64,000 nt of DNA from a virus. Positions 9,093 to 18,186 of this stretch are shown piece by piece; the stretch's first letter is position 1; each line of letters starts with the position of its first letter. Location of the stretch: IMG/VR virus record IMGVR_UViG_3300030107_004423, positions 18,924 to 82,923 of that record; one strand, given 5' to 3'. Below the pieces are notes generated by a model. That model was given only the letters and a program-made list of their open reading frames with translations, had not been told where the DNA came from and made no database searches. The position numbers and the translations under genes are program-made.

Positions 9093-9689
9093 CTATGTTG
9101 TTGCAAATGCCCCTGTAGCCGCTGAACCACCATTACCTTGGTTGCCCCCTACGCATTCTACATGCCATTTACTACCATTGAAAACAAACGTTAGTTTGGT
9201 GCCAATTCCCCAGCCGCCATTTGTAGCGCCTGTTAAATTCAAGAAATCGTCACCAGTTCCGTCTGCTATATCTATAGTATATCCAGCACCAGCAGCAACT
9301 GCTGTTTGCTTTAATACATATGATGTAGCAGCAAAGAACTCACCTGCTGTTCCATACTTATGAACTGCCGAATCAGCTAAAGCTGCGATATATAATACTA
9401 CTATCTTATCGCCAACTGTAGAACTAGCAGCTGCAGGCAGTGTATATGCCGCAGCATCTGTATCATTTAGATGATATGTTGTATTTGCTGCTAATGCTCC
9501 TGCAGCTGTTAATGCAGTTACGCTAGTATGAATACCAACACCTTTATTGATTTCATTAGCAGTAACTGTTAAATCACTAACTACACCAAAATCAGTTTCT
9601 GATATTGTCGCAAGCTCTTTAACTTCATCATAGGTAATCTCAGAGTCTGAGTGACCAGCTAACCAGTATTTTCCTTTACTTTGAGCCAT
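9093..9689 (-). CDS. capsid decoration / auxiliary capsid protein
   Basis: Ala/Gly/Thr-rich, TLPAA motif, follows major capsid gene. Confidence 0.6.
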   Translation of the reverse strand: MAQSKGKYWLAGHSDSEITYDEVKELATISETDFGVVSDLTVTANEINKGVGIHTSVTALTAAGALAANTTYHLNDTDAAAYTLPAAASSTVGDKIVVLYIAALADSAVHKYGTAGEFFAATSYVLKQTAVAAGAGYTIDIADGTGDDFLNLTGATNGGWGIGTKLTFVFNGSKWHVECVGGNQGNGGSAATGAFATT

Positions 9690-9703
9690 TGTCTACCTCC
9701 TTA

Positions 9704-10321
9704 TTATACTGTTGAGAATGCAAGTGAACCATTAACTGATCCGTCACCAAGTTCAACGCCTCTAAAAGCAGGTGTCCAAACGCCTTCTTCTTCGCAAAAG
9801 AAAGCCCATTCTGCACCAGTCATTGTTTGATTATTAGTTGCACTACCTGCATAAGTAAGAGTATTATTCCCAAATGCTATATTTACAATAGTGCCGCCTG
9901 CCATACCTACAGTTGGAGTATTGACAGAGTGGTAATTAGGAGACATTACAGTTCCTGCACCAGCTCCACCAGCAGCAACATTCAAGTTCCCAGCTTTGAA
10001 TGTTTCTCCTGAAGCGCATGATATAACGTGATTCTGACCGCCATCAAATTGAGCAGCATGTCTGTATACAGTCAATCCGCCTACTTTAGCAGCAGGAAGA
10101 GTTGTTGCAGCAGCACCTGTGTCAGCTACACCAAGAGACTCGCAGAGTTGACCATCAACTAATGTTATTCCACTTCTTGATTTGGCTTCTGTTGTATCAG
10201 CAGCTAATTGTATAGTTAGGTGTCCAAAATTCCAAGAATTTAAAGCAAGTTTATTTTCCCAAAACTTAGCACTAACCATATGGCCATCAAATGAATTTTG
10301 TCCGTATAATGGATTTGCCAT
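9704..10321 (-). CDS. capsid decoration / auxiliary capsid protein
   Basis: immediately after major capsid gene; TLPAA motif shared with 9093..9689. Confidence 0.6.
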   Translation of the reverse strand: MANPLYGQNSFDGHMVSAKFWENKLALNSWNFGHLTIQLAADTTEAKSRSGITLVDGQLCESLGVADTGAAATTLPAAKVGGLTVYRHAAQFDGGQNHVISCASGETFKAGNLNVAAGGAGAGTVMSPNYHSVNTPTVGMAGGTIVNIAFGNNTLTYAGSATNNQTMTGAEWAFFCEEEGVWTPAFRGVELGDGSVNGSLAFSTV

Positions 10322-10336
10322 TTTAAACCTCCTTTA

Positions 10337-11896
10337 TTAAGTCCAGATAGAATGAGTCTCAGGACAGCACCATTCCATTCCAGCTTCAGTTAAGATTTGA
10401 TCTACTCTACGATCGACCCCAGAGTTCTCTAATGTTTGAACTCCTACGTAGACTGATGTATCTCTATTAAGACCGTTACCAACTAATGGTCTGTATGCAC
10501 AATATTTCATATTAATACCAAGCATTTTAACTTGAGTACCATCTAAATGAACATTACGTGCAACATTAATATCTCCATATACAGTTGATATAGTAGTAAC
10601 ATCAATACCGAATACTTTTTTCTTATTAGCTATTGAAAAATCAGCTCTATAGTTAGAAGAAAGCTCTAGATTATTTCTAAAGTATCCAGATAATTTATGC
10701 ATCCAATTAAATACTTCTGTAGAACAGAAGAAGATAGTTGAAGAAGCATTATTATATCTAGGATCTAACATTGCTGAAAGATCATCTAAGAAATCATCTT
10801 GAGTTTTAGTTGCTATTGCAAGGCTAAAAGTATTACCATATGTTGAAATATAGTTTACAGCACCTTCAGTAGTATTATATGTACTATTTTGACTACCAAA
10901 AAGCATTGCATTTTCAATATCCCATTTATGTTCAATCAGCTTTTCTTTCCAGATACGTGCCCACTCATTACCTTCATACTTAAGAACTGTAGCTCTATCA
11001 GTATTGTTCATCACACATGATGTTTTGAAGATTTGAGTTTGGCCTGTAGCTGTTACATAAGGCTGATCTTGCCATGTTTCGGGATATCCACTACCAGCTG
11101 CAAAAGCACTACCAACAACATATGATTTAAAGCCTTCCATATATTCAGTACTCTTAGCTACTGTAGTAACACTAGCATCTGCACCCAATCCAGCGCCAGT
11201 AGGACTATCTGCTGAAGTATCATCAGTAGTACCTGCTGCAGATGTAAATACTATACTTGAAGCACCCTTAACACAAGTAACATTTAATATAGCTTTATTA
11301 ATTACACTTGAATTTGCTGTTGCAGAATCAGGATGAGAATCCAAATCAACTGAATTTACTTTCCATAAAGTGTATCCTGAAACAGTACCAGCTGTTGAAT
11401 TTCCTGTGCTAGAAGCATGAGGAACTTTGATTATTTGACCAGGAATAAAGAACAATGGTTGTGTACCTTTAGCTCCTTCATGATAATCAACTGTTTTTCC
11501 ATATATATTACCTTGATTACCGTTATTATTATAATCAGTAAAAAAGCTCATAGTATATACATTACCTTCAGCTGGAGATAATGCTCCATTATTAGCTGAT
11601 GTTGTAGGTATAGCTGCTGATGTTGTACTTAAATCAGCTAAATAGCCATACCTTTTAGTGTATGAAGATCTCTTCTCTGTAAATTTAAAAGAAGGATCAT
11701 CAGTAGGCTTCTTAGAAACCTTACTCAAGAAACGGAAAAACGGATCTTGCGCTAAAGAAAGTTCTGATACCATATCACCGAAGTTATACTTTCTTCGTAA
11801 AGCACCAGTACTTAAACTAGTAGCGGATCCAGTTCTGCCGTCATTATAAGTACCAGAAGTATAATTACTTCCAGTTACGTTTAGAATGTCAGACAT
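10337..11896 (-). CDS. major capsid protein
   Basis: 519 aa in portal-scaffold-capsid order; TQIFKT..EHKWDIENAMLFG and C-terminal DQILTEAGME pattern of HK97-fold capsid proteins. Confidence 0.85.
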   Translation of the reverse strand: MSDILNVTGSNYTSGTYNDGRTGSATSLSTGALRRKYNFGDMVSELSLAQDPFFRFLSKVSKKPTDDPSFKFTEKRSSYTKRYGYLADLSTTSAAIPTTSANNGALSPAEGNVYTMSFFTDYNNNGNQGNIYGKTVDYHEGAKGTQPLFFIPGQIIKVPHASSTGNSTAGTVSGYTLWKVNSVDLDSHPDSATANSSVINKAILNVTCVKGASSIVFTSAAGTTDDTSADSPTGAGLGADASVTTVAKSTEYMEGFKSYVVGSAFAAGSGYPETWQDQPYVTATGQTQIFKTSCVMNNTDRATVLKYEGNEWARIWKEKLIEHKWDIENAMLFGSQNSTYNTTEGAVNYISTYGNTFSLAIATKTQDDFLDDLSAMLDPRYNNASSTIFFCSTEVFNWMHKLSGYFRNNLELSSNYRADFSIANKKKVFGIDVTTISTVYGDINVARNVHLDGTQVKMLGINMKYCAYRPLVGNGLNRDTSVYVGVQTLENSGVDRRVDQILTEAGMEWCCPETHSIWT

Positions 11897-11898
11897 TT

Positions 11899-11929
11899 GT
11901 CTATCTCCTTTGTTAAGTTCGAGATAGAC
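11899..11929 (-). promoter_or_regulatory. hairpin overlapping the capsid gene RBS
   Basis: GTCTATCTC..GAGATAGAC 9 bp inverted repeat including part of AGGAGA. Confidence 0.5.
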
Positions 11930-11946
11930 TTAATTATTATATAAGC

Positions 11947-12873
11947 CTACCCAAACAAGTTATCAACTTTATTATCAAAGCCTAAGATATTATCAAAGAC
12001 ATCTCTGTCTACTGATTGATCTTTACTACCTTGATTATTTGCTCCTGATGCGGTTGTAGGCATATTTCTAACATTTTGCATTTGATTTAACATATCTTGC
12101 TTAGTAGCATTTGCTACATTAGCATTTGTCTTGTCTTTATTTAATAAATAATGTATATCATCTAAAGTCATAGTATGTTTTTTTGCATCTTCTTTAAACT
12201 GTGCAAATTGTTCATCAGACATATTATTCTTTTGCTTAAATTCTTGCTCTTGTTGAACTTTTATTCTTTGTTGTCCAGCTTGTACAGCTTTTGTTTGTTC
12301 AGTTTTGATCATTTGCTGAACTCTGTTTTGAACCATACCGTCAACATGGGCATTCATAAGCTTAGCACTGTCTGAATCTGGATTTGACATAGCTTCTTGT
12401 GCATCAAATACAAAATCCTCTTCGAGATCTAATTTTTGTTGTATAGTTTGAGAAGGCTTACCTCCACTAACTAAATAATCTCTAACATGCTCTACTAAAC
12501 CACCATCTTTTTTCATAGCTTCAAGAACAGGTACGAAAGCTTCTACTTCCTTATACTGATCTCTCCACTTAACAGCTTCTCTGCTACTATCTTTGTAGCG
12601 TGTTTCCCAGTCTGTGCTGTTATCAGGCTGAGCACTTTCCACATTATCGGAGCCAACTTGTTGATTATCGTAGGTTACCTGTGCGGGGCTACTATCTTGT
12701 TGGGTTGCCTCAGTGTTGTCTATAATGCCGCCATTAACGACATTTTCTAGTTCATTAAAGAAATCGCTGGAGCCTGAAGTAGATTCTGGTACTGCTGATT
12801 CTGCTTGTTCAAATGAATCAGCTTGCATTCCTATTTCAGGGTTACCTTGACTTTCTTGTTGGTTGTCTATCAT
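11947..12873 (-). CDS. capsid scaffolding protein
   Basis: acidic, Gln-rich, helical protein between portal and capsid genes. Confidence 0.75.
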   Translation of the reverse strand: MIDNQQESQGNPEIGMQADSFEQAESAVPESTSGSSDFFNELENVVNGGIIDNTEATQQDSSPAQVTYDNQQVGSDNVESAQPDNSTDWETRYKDSSREAVKWRDQYKEVEAFVPVLEAMKKDGGLVEHVRDYLVSGGKPSQTIQQKLDLEEDFVFDAQEAMSNPDSDSAKLMNAHVDGMVQNRVQQMIKTEQTKAVQAGQQRIKVQQEQEFKQKNNMSDEQFAQFKEDAKKHTMTLDDIHYLLNKDKTNANVANATKQDMLNQMQNVRNMPTTASGANNQGSKDQSVDRDVFDNILGFDNKVDNLFG

Positions 12874-12908
12874 TTATTCTCCTTTTGGATAAATTAAACC
12901 ATTGTAGT

Positions 12909-15212
12909 TTAATCATTCTTTTTGCTATTTTGCAAATTGTTTTTCATATTCTGTAATATATCGCCTTGTCTTGCTTTATTTAACTCGGCATTATTGCTCA
13001 TTACATTCTGCAGAAGTTTTTGTTTTGCTTCTGTTTCTGTGAATTGCTTGCCCATTTGAGATTTAACTTCTTCTTTCTTTTTATTTATCTCAACATCGGC
13101 TTGCATTACTTTTTGTTTGATACCAGCTTGTACCAACTGCCTTTCAAGCGTCTCAATAGTGCCATCTTTGTCTTTAACAGCTTCGGATAATTGTTGTATC
13201 TGTCCTTGAAGTTGCGCATATAATGATTTCCTTTTTACTATATTTTCTTTGTTTTTAATATCAGTTTCAGCTAATACAGCAATATCATCAACAACTCCAA
13301 GTTGCATTAATTGCTTTAGCTCTTCTAAATAAGCCCATCTATTAACAGGCATAGTAGAACCTGATACTATTCTTATATCAAATTTCTGAGCACTGATATC
13401 CATAGATTTTCCTATAGCTTCTCCCATATCATTATATATTGGAATATTAATTTCTTGATTCTTTCCTTCTTGTATTGCAGAAGGTTGTATTATTCTAAAT
13501 CTTTTATTTGCAGTATAAACAGATTGACACATCTGGACAACTATATCACCTAATTGTTTTAATGCAGGTTCAATAGATGTATGCATCCATTGTTTAATCC
13601 TTCTTGTTCCGTATTCATCTAAAGCTAACATACCTCTATATGTTTCACTAGCTCCTCCAGAATCTCCCATCATAGAGCTATATATACCTGCTAAATATTC
13701 CATATCACCTTTACCTTCTTGTACTATTTGAAAGAAAGCATTTGCTAATGGTGCAGGCATAACAGGTGTTGGTTTTTCTACTCCTGGCCTAATAGGTAAC
13801 AAAGCTCCTGGACTTGCAGAATATTTTTCCCATATATCTGCATCTAAAGAACCTTCTTCATACATCCATCTTAATGATGATCCTAATGAGGCATTATGAA
13901 CCATTATTTGATGAGCCTTATTAATTTCTTGTTGCTTTCCTATCAAAGGAGCTACAGCACTTATAGGAAATGGTGTCCCTGTCCATTTAAAATGGAATGG
14001 AACTATAGGATATTCTTTAATAGTATCAGGTAAAATATATTCATATAACAATTTGTCACTAGCTGTACAAGTTTGCTTTATTCTAGTATCATAAAATTGA
14101 ATAGTATCTACTATATTTTCTGCTATAGTAGGGTCTTTTAATAGTATTTTATATTCTTTTTCACTTATAATCTGATTTTCTATTTTAGATGCTTCTGCTT
14201 GCAATTTACTCATACATTCTTTTTGAAATGCTTGTATTTGATCCTGCATAAGTTTTTTAGCTTTTTCCATTTCTAAATTGTATCTTTCAGGAAGCATTTG
14301 ACCAGACTGAACTGCTTGTTCCATTTTAGCTTGTTGTTCCATTAATTGAACTTGCATTTCATTGGCCATTTCTTTGACCATAACCTCACATTGTTGCTTT
14401 ATAGCTTCTAACTCTTGTTTATTAGGTGGTATTCTATAAAATAAATTTATATAGGATATCTTGACTTTCTCATATGTTTCAAAAAATTCTACAAGTTGTT
14501 CCATCTCACCATCAGAAGTTATACCAAATGAATTTTGCTCATTATGATCATTATGCATAAATAATTTTTGATCATCATCTCCCAAAGGTCTTTCTGTATA
14601 AGTATTATTATTATCTTCAGCAGATGCTTGTAATATTTTTCTTTTTGATCCTGGAAATAGTTTTATTAAATGAGATTTAGGCAATACTTTTCTTATCATA
14701 ATAAAAGAAGCATCTTTAAATAGCATATCTCTAGACTTAGGATCTACAAATAAATCAAATGGCTCTGGTTGTTGTATGATTACTTCTCCCATTCCATTAT
14801 CTGCATCTTTATCTACAGATACTAACATATAGCCTACACCTTTTGTAATACTATCATTTATGGCATTGTTATAAAGTGTCCCTCCATTAGAATAATCCCA
14901 TACATAATCAGTTAAATCAGAAACGACAGAAGCAACATCAGTATCGCTCCCTTCAGTTCCTATAGCTTGCCATCTAGGATTATTATCAGTAGCATAAAAA
15001 TTTAACATTTCAACTACAGGTAATATCCTATTAATAGTAAATGTAGGCATACCTTGTTCTTCTAATAACTCTTTTTCATTATGAGTTAATTGTTCATCAT
15101 GAGCAAATTCATAACCTTTTTGGTTAATATTCTCCCATTGTTTTCTAGTAAAGTTATTAGCTAGATTATATAAAGACCTTATTTCACCTACTCTTTTATT
15201 TTGCTTTGCCAT
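12909..15212 (-). CDS. portal protein (P22-like)
   Basis: 767 aa; P-x-x-TINRI, GVGY, DPKSR motifs; C-terminal coiled coil; located between terL and scaffold. Confidence 0.85.
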   Translation of the reverse strand: MAKQNKRVGEIRSLYNLANNFTRKQWENINQKGYEFAHDEQLTHNEKELLEEQGMPTFTINRILPVVEMLNFYATDNNPRWQAIGTEGSDTDVASVVSDLTDYVWDYSNGGTLYNNAINDSITKGVGYMLVSVDKDADNGMGEVIIQQPEPFDLFVDPKSRDMLFKDASFIMIRKVLPKSHLIKLFPGSKRKILQASAEDNNNTYTERPLGDDDQKLFMHNDHNEQNSFGITSDGEMEQLVEFFETYEKVKISYINLFYRIPPNKQELEAIKQQCEVMVKEMANEMQVQLMEQQAKMEQAVQSGQMLPERYNLEMEKAKKLMQDQIQAFQKECMSKLQAEASKIENQIISEKEYKILLKDPTIAENIVDTIQFYDTRIKQTCTASDKLLYEYILPDTIKEYPIVPFHFKWTGTPFPISAVAPLIGKQQEINKAHQIMVHNASLGSSLRWMYEEGSLDADIWEKYSASPGALLPIRPGVEKPTPVMPAPLANAFFQIVQEGKGDMEYLAGIYSSMMGDSGGASETYRGMLALDEYGTRRIKQWMHTSIEPALKQLGDIVVQMCQSVYTANKRFRIIQPSAIQEGKNQEINIPIYNDMGEAIGKSMDISAQKFDIRIVSGSTMPVNRWAYLEELKQLMQLGVVDDIAVLAETDIKNKENIVKRKSLYAQLQGQIQQLSEAVKDKDGTIETLERQLVQAGIKQKVMQADVEINKKKEEVKSQMGKQFTETEAKQKLLQNVMSNNAELNKARQGDILQNMKNNLQNSKKND

Positions 15213-15472
15213 GTGTTATCCTTTTTAAAGTTCCAATAAACGTAGTGATTACATATAGTATCGCTATCGCATATAAATTCAATATTGTGTGCATAATGCA
15301 CATGATCAGCACTGCAATAATCAGGACAAAAGTAGGAGCTGCTCCAAGGATGTACAACAGTGACCATTTCACCAAGCCTATTGTTTCCTTTAAAAGGCTT
15401 ATCCTTGATTTTATGCTGAACATATCCTGCCACATATGCTAAAACTCCTAATATTACAAATTGCTTAATCAC
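15188..15472 (-). CDS. membrane-anchored Cys/His-rich small protein
   Basis: probable GTG start overlapping endolysin end; N-terminal TM then CPDYC..HVHYAH..C..CNH. Confidence 0.45.
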   Translation of the reverse strand: MIKQFVILGVLAYVAGYVQHKIKDKPFKGNNRLGEMVTVVHPWSSSYFCPDYCSADHVHYAHNIEFICDSDTICNHYVYWNFKKDNTWQSKIKE

Positions 15473-15857
15473 GTATTTCGAAATGTGGAAAGTCATCAAA
15501 CTTATTATCCTGCACTTCAAAATCTTGGTCCCAATCTCCACCCCAGCGAAGATTTACACCCATACTTTTTCCTATTCCAATGACAAAGCCCGCAAAAAGA
15601 GTTTGACGCTCCCTGTCAGCCCAATCAACAGGATAAGGAGTAATGTCCACAGCCCTAGATGGATCAGCATTATGGCGACCATTTGGGTACTTGACTTTAG
15701 TCTTACCTTCTTCAAATAATTTATCTTGTCTTTCTTGGCTTCTATGCCCTTCGAGTACTGAGCAATCCACGTGTTTAATAACTTCATTCATTACATCCTG
15801 TAATTTTTGGTCGCATGTTGCTAACCTTTCTTTTGATCTTTTTCCAAATTTAGGCAT
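15465..15857 (-). CDS. endolysin, L-alanyl-D-glutamate peptidase (M15 family)
   Basis: EGHRS.ERQ..L, H..(RAV)D, RWGGDW and D.PHFE motifs. Confidence 0.9.
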   Translation of the reverse strand: MPKFGKRSKERLATCDQKLQDVMNEVIKHVDCSVLEGHRSQERQDKLFEEGKTKVKYPNGRHNADPSRAVDITPYPVDWADRERQTLFAGFVIGIGKSMGVNLRWGGDWDQDFEVQDNKFDDFPHFEIRD

Positions 15858-15940
15858 TAATACCCTCCATATTTCCTAGTTCTTTTACTTGTTGTTGTCT
15901 TTTTTTTCTTTGGTTTCGATGCCTTTCTTTTGTAAGCCAT
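15857..15940 (-). CDS. 27 aa highly basic peptide
   Basis: MAYKRKASKPKKKKTTTSKRTRKYGGY; AGGAGA RBS; TAATG coupling to endolysin. Confidence 0.6.
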   Translation of the reverse strand: MAYKRKASKPKKKKTTTSKRTRKYGGY

Positions 15941-16013
15941 TGAATATTCTCCTATAGTTTTCTTCAAAATCTTTTGACCATTTTACTCTATACTTATCAC
16001 CTTTACCATTCAT
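15885..16013 (-). CDS. small hypothetical protein, 42 aa (MNGKGDKYR..FEENYRRIF)
   Basis: ATGA-coupled to upstream ORF. Confidence 0.5.
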   Translation of the reverse strand: MNGKGDKYRVKWSKDFEENYRRIFNGLQKKGIETKEKKDNNK

Positions 16014-16165
16014 ATTTTGTCTATAACCTTTTTCATTATTATTTTACCTACCCATAATATAGCTATAACTCCTACCACAGTTACAACATCTAATGTATGA
16101 TTCCCGCTATCACTTTTTATAGATCCTACTGGAGTTTCTATACTGAATTGTCTTTCCTCTGTCAT
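16010..16165 (-). CDS. 51 aa single-TM protein
   Basis: ATGA overlap with terL stop; hydrophobic VVTVVGVIAILWVG. Confidence 0.55.
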   Translation of the reverse strand: MTEERQFSIETPVGSIKSDSGNHTLDVVTVVGVIAILWVGKIIMKKVIDKI

Positions 16166-17715
16166 GCTGTAACCCAGCTTCTTGCTTTTGGTTTTTTCTT
16201 ATACCAACCTTCCTTAGACTCTTTATAATCTTGTGGAGGATGCGCATACTTACACGCATAGGCCAAAGCGTCAATCGTATCGTCATGTGCCATCCTCGGA
16301 CCAAAAGTAATAATTTCCCTATGTAAATCATACTGAGACTTTTTAATATGAACTTGCCCCACTGCAAACCTTTGTGCAAGTATTTCTTGAATCCTGTCCC
16401 GCTTTGACATACGAGTTCCAGGCTTTTCTTCTTTAAACGGTATAATAAATTCATTTCTCCTCCTCATTTCAGCTCTGATAGCTTGAAAGATAGGCTTTGA
16501 CATAGTTGTATCTTCAATAGTAAATAAAGTAGGATTATAAAATTTAGCATATTCAAATATATAATCAACTATTCCTTTTTTGCCAGTACCTGGTACTCCC
16601 AATACAGGTAATGTTCTATTTCTGATATAATCTAAAACATATAAATTATTGTCTGGAGTGACTGCAACAACGATGATAACACTGAAATCCGAATTACGCC
16701 TTGCTGAATCAGTTGCTGGATCAACACCAACAAATATATTACATGGTTTTGCATCATCCCCATCTGGTATAATAAATTTAAGCCCACTTTCATCCTCCTG
16801 AATAAATTGTCCGTCCCAATATTTAATATGATCTCTTGTGAAAATAGAATCTTCTTCACTTTGGACTTCCATCATATATTCTTGATAAAACTTTTGAGGC
16901 TGACCAGAGTCTTGGTAAAATTTCTTTTTTCTCTCCATTTCTTCATGACCAAACCAAGAAGGCCAAAGAGGTGTTCCATCATCTTGTAAAGCTTTATATG
17001 TTATAACTTTCCAAGCAAAATCCTCTTTTTCTTTCTTAGCTTTTTCATGACCTATTAAAATCTTTTGTATAAAAGCATCAAAATGCACAGGAGTTCCATT
17101 TATACGCAATCTCCCTGTTTTAGGTTCAAGTGCGGGGAATACCACAGCTGTAACAAGATTGCTTATTTTAGACCTTGATTCTGGCGTAATTGTATTATTT
17201 TCATCTTCAAAGTCATCAAGTATAATAAGATCATATCTTTTATGTAGCTTAGCCCCGCCACGAATACCTGATAAATTAGATTTACTAATAAGCTTACAGT
17301 TATTCTTAAGTTCGATATCATCTTCTGTCCATTTCCTGCCTTTTAAATTTCCAAAATAATATTTTATTTTATCATTATATTCCAAATGATATTTGATATA
17401 ATCTAGGTTGGGGACTGATATTTTAGAACTAGCAGCCACCCAACCATAGAATAAGGGTTCTTGTGTAAAGCAAAAGTCTTGCATTATATTACACTTAGTT
17501 AATACTGTTTTGCCGTGTCCTCTTGGCAATATAACAGCTAACTGTCTAACACTAGTATCAGATAAAGAATCAGCTACTTCATAATGAAAGAATGGACTTT
17601 CAGATCTCATAAAATCTTCAGGTAAAAATAATTTACCAAAAGCTATAAGATCTTTACTAGCTAGCCTTAAATCTTCTTCAGCCTTACTAACGTTATGTGT
17701 ATTAATATTACTCAA
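16162..17715 (-). CDS. terL: terminase large subunit
   Basis: Walker A PRGHGKT, Walker B LIILDD, coupling motif GTP, RNase H-like GVDPA..D and HDDTIDALAY. Confidence 0.95.
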   Translation of the reverse strand: MSNINTHNVSKAEEDLRLASKDLIAFGKLFLPEDFMRSESPFFHYEVADSLSDTSVRQLAVILPRGHGKTVLTKCNIMQDFCFTQEPLFYGWVAASSKISVPNLDYIKYHLEYNDKIKYYFGNLKGRKWTEDDIELKNNCKLISKSNLSGIRGGAKLHKRYDLIILDDFEDENNTITPESRSKISNLVTAVVFPALEPKTGRLRINGTPVHFDAFIQKILIGHEKAKKEKEDFAWKVITYKALQDDGTPLWPSWFGHEEMERKKKFYQDSGQPQKFYQEYMMEVQSEEDSIFTRDHIKYWDGQFIQEDESGLKFIIPDGDDAKPCNIFVGVDPATDSARRNSDFSVIIVVAVTPDNNLYVLDYIRNRTLPVLGVPGTGKKGIVDYIFEYAKFYNPTLFTIEDTTMSKPIFQAIRAEMRRRNEFIIPFKEEKPGTRMSKRDRIQEILAQRFAVGQVHIKKSQYDLHREIITFGPRMAHDDTIDALAYACKYAHPPQDYKESKEGWYKKKPKARSWVTA

Positions 17716-17926
17716 CTATTTCTGCTTCTTCCTCTTTTTCAGATGTTTCTTCACCAATAAGTCCTTGAAGAACTTCTATAGCTCCTAAACATCTTTTAGC
17801 TAACTCATCTGCAGCCGCTCTATCTTGAATAGCTTTATTATATTGAGTTACTACAGATTCAAGCTCAGGCTTTAAATCTTCTTTTTTTATAATATCTTCT
17901 ACTTGTGGGTCTTGTTTTTTACTCAT
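17708..17926 (-). CDS. small coiled-coil hypothetical protein
   Basis: 72 aa, coupled to neighbours. Confidence 0.65.
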   Translation of the reverse strand: MSKKQDPQVEDIIKKEDLKPELESVVTQYNKAIQDRAAADELAKRCLGAIEVLQGLIGEETSEKEEEAEIVE

Positions 17927-18186
17927 AGTGCTTTTATATCCTTTATTATTTCTGTTAATGCATCTTTTTTTGTTGTTAATTCAGAAATTTCAGCTTCAAT
18001 ACTTGCTTTATCTGATTCATAATGATGAAGCTCTACTTCAGACTTATTATCAGCTAAAGCAGTGCCTGTTTCACTATCCCATCTTTTTTGTGTTAGATAG
18101 TAACGAGTAATTCCATCACTATCATCAGCTTTACTAAAACTTACTGCTGATTTACTTTTTAAACTTACATAGTTTTTTATATTCAT
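17923..18186 (-). CDS. hypothetical protein (possible fibre assembly chaperone)
   Basis: 87 aa, ATGA-coupled after tail fibre. Confidence 0.6.
   Translation of the reverse strand: MNIKNYVSLKSKSAVSFSKADDSDGITRYYLTQKRWDSETGTALADNKSEVELHHYESDKASIEAEISELTTKKDALTEIIKDIKAL

Noticed and set aside
16110-16859. Alternative-frame ORFs inside terL (16110..16454, 16632..16859)
   Set aside because: Nested within the terminase gene with no RBS or recognisable motifs
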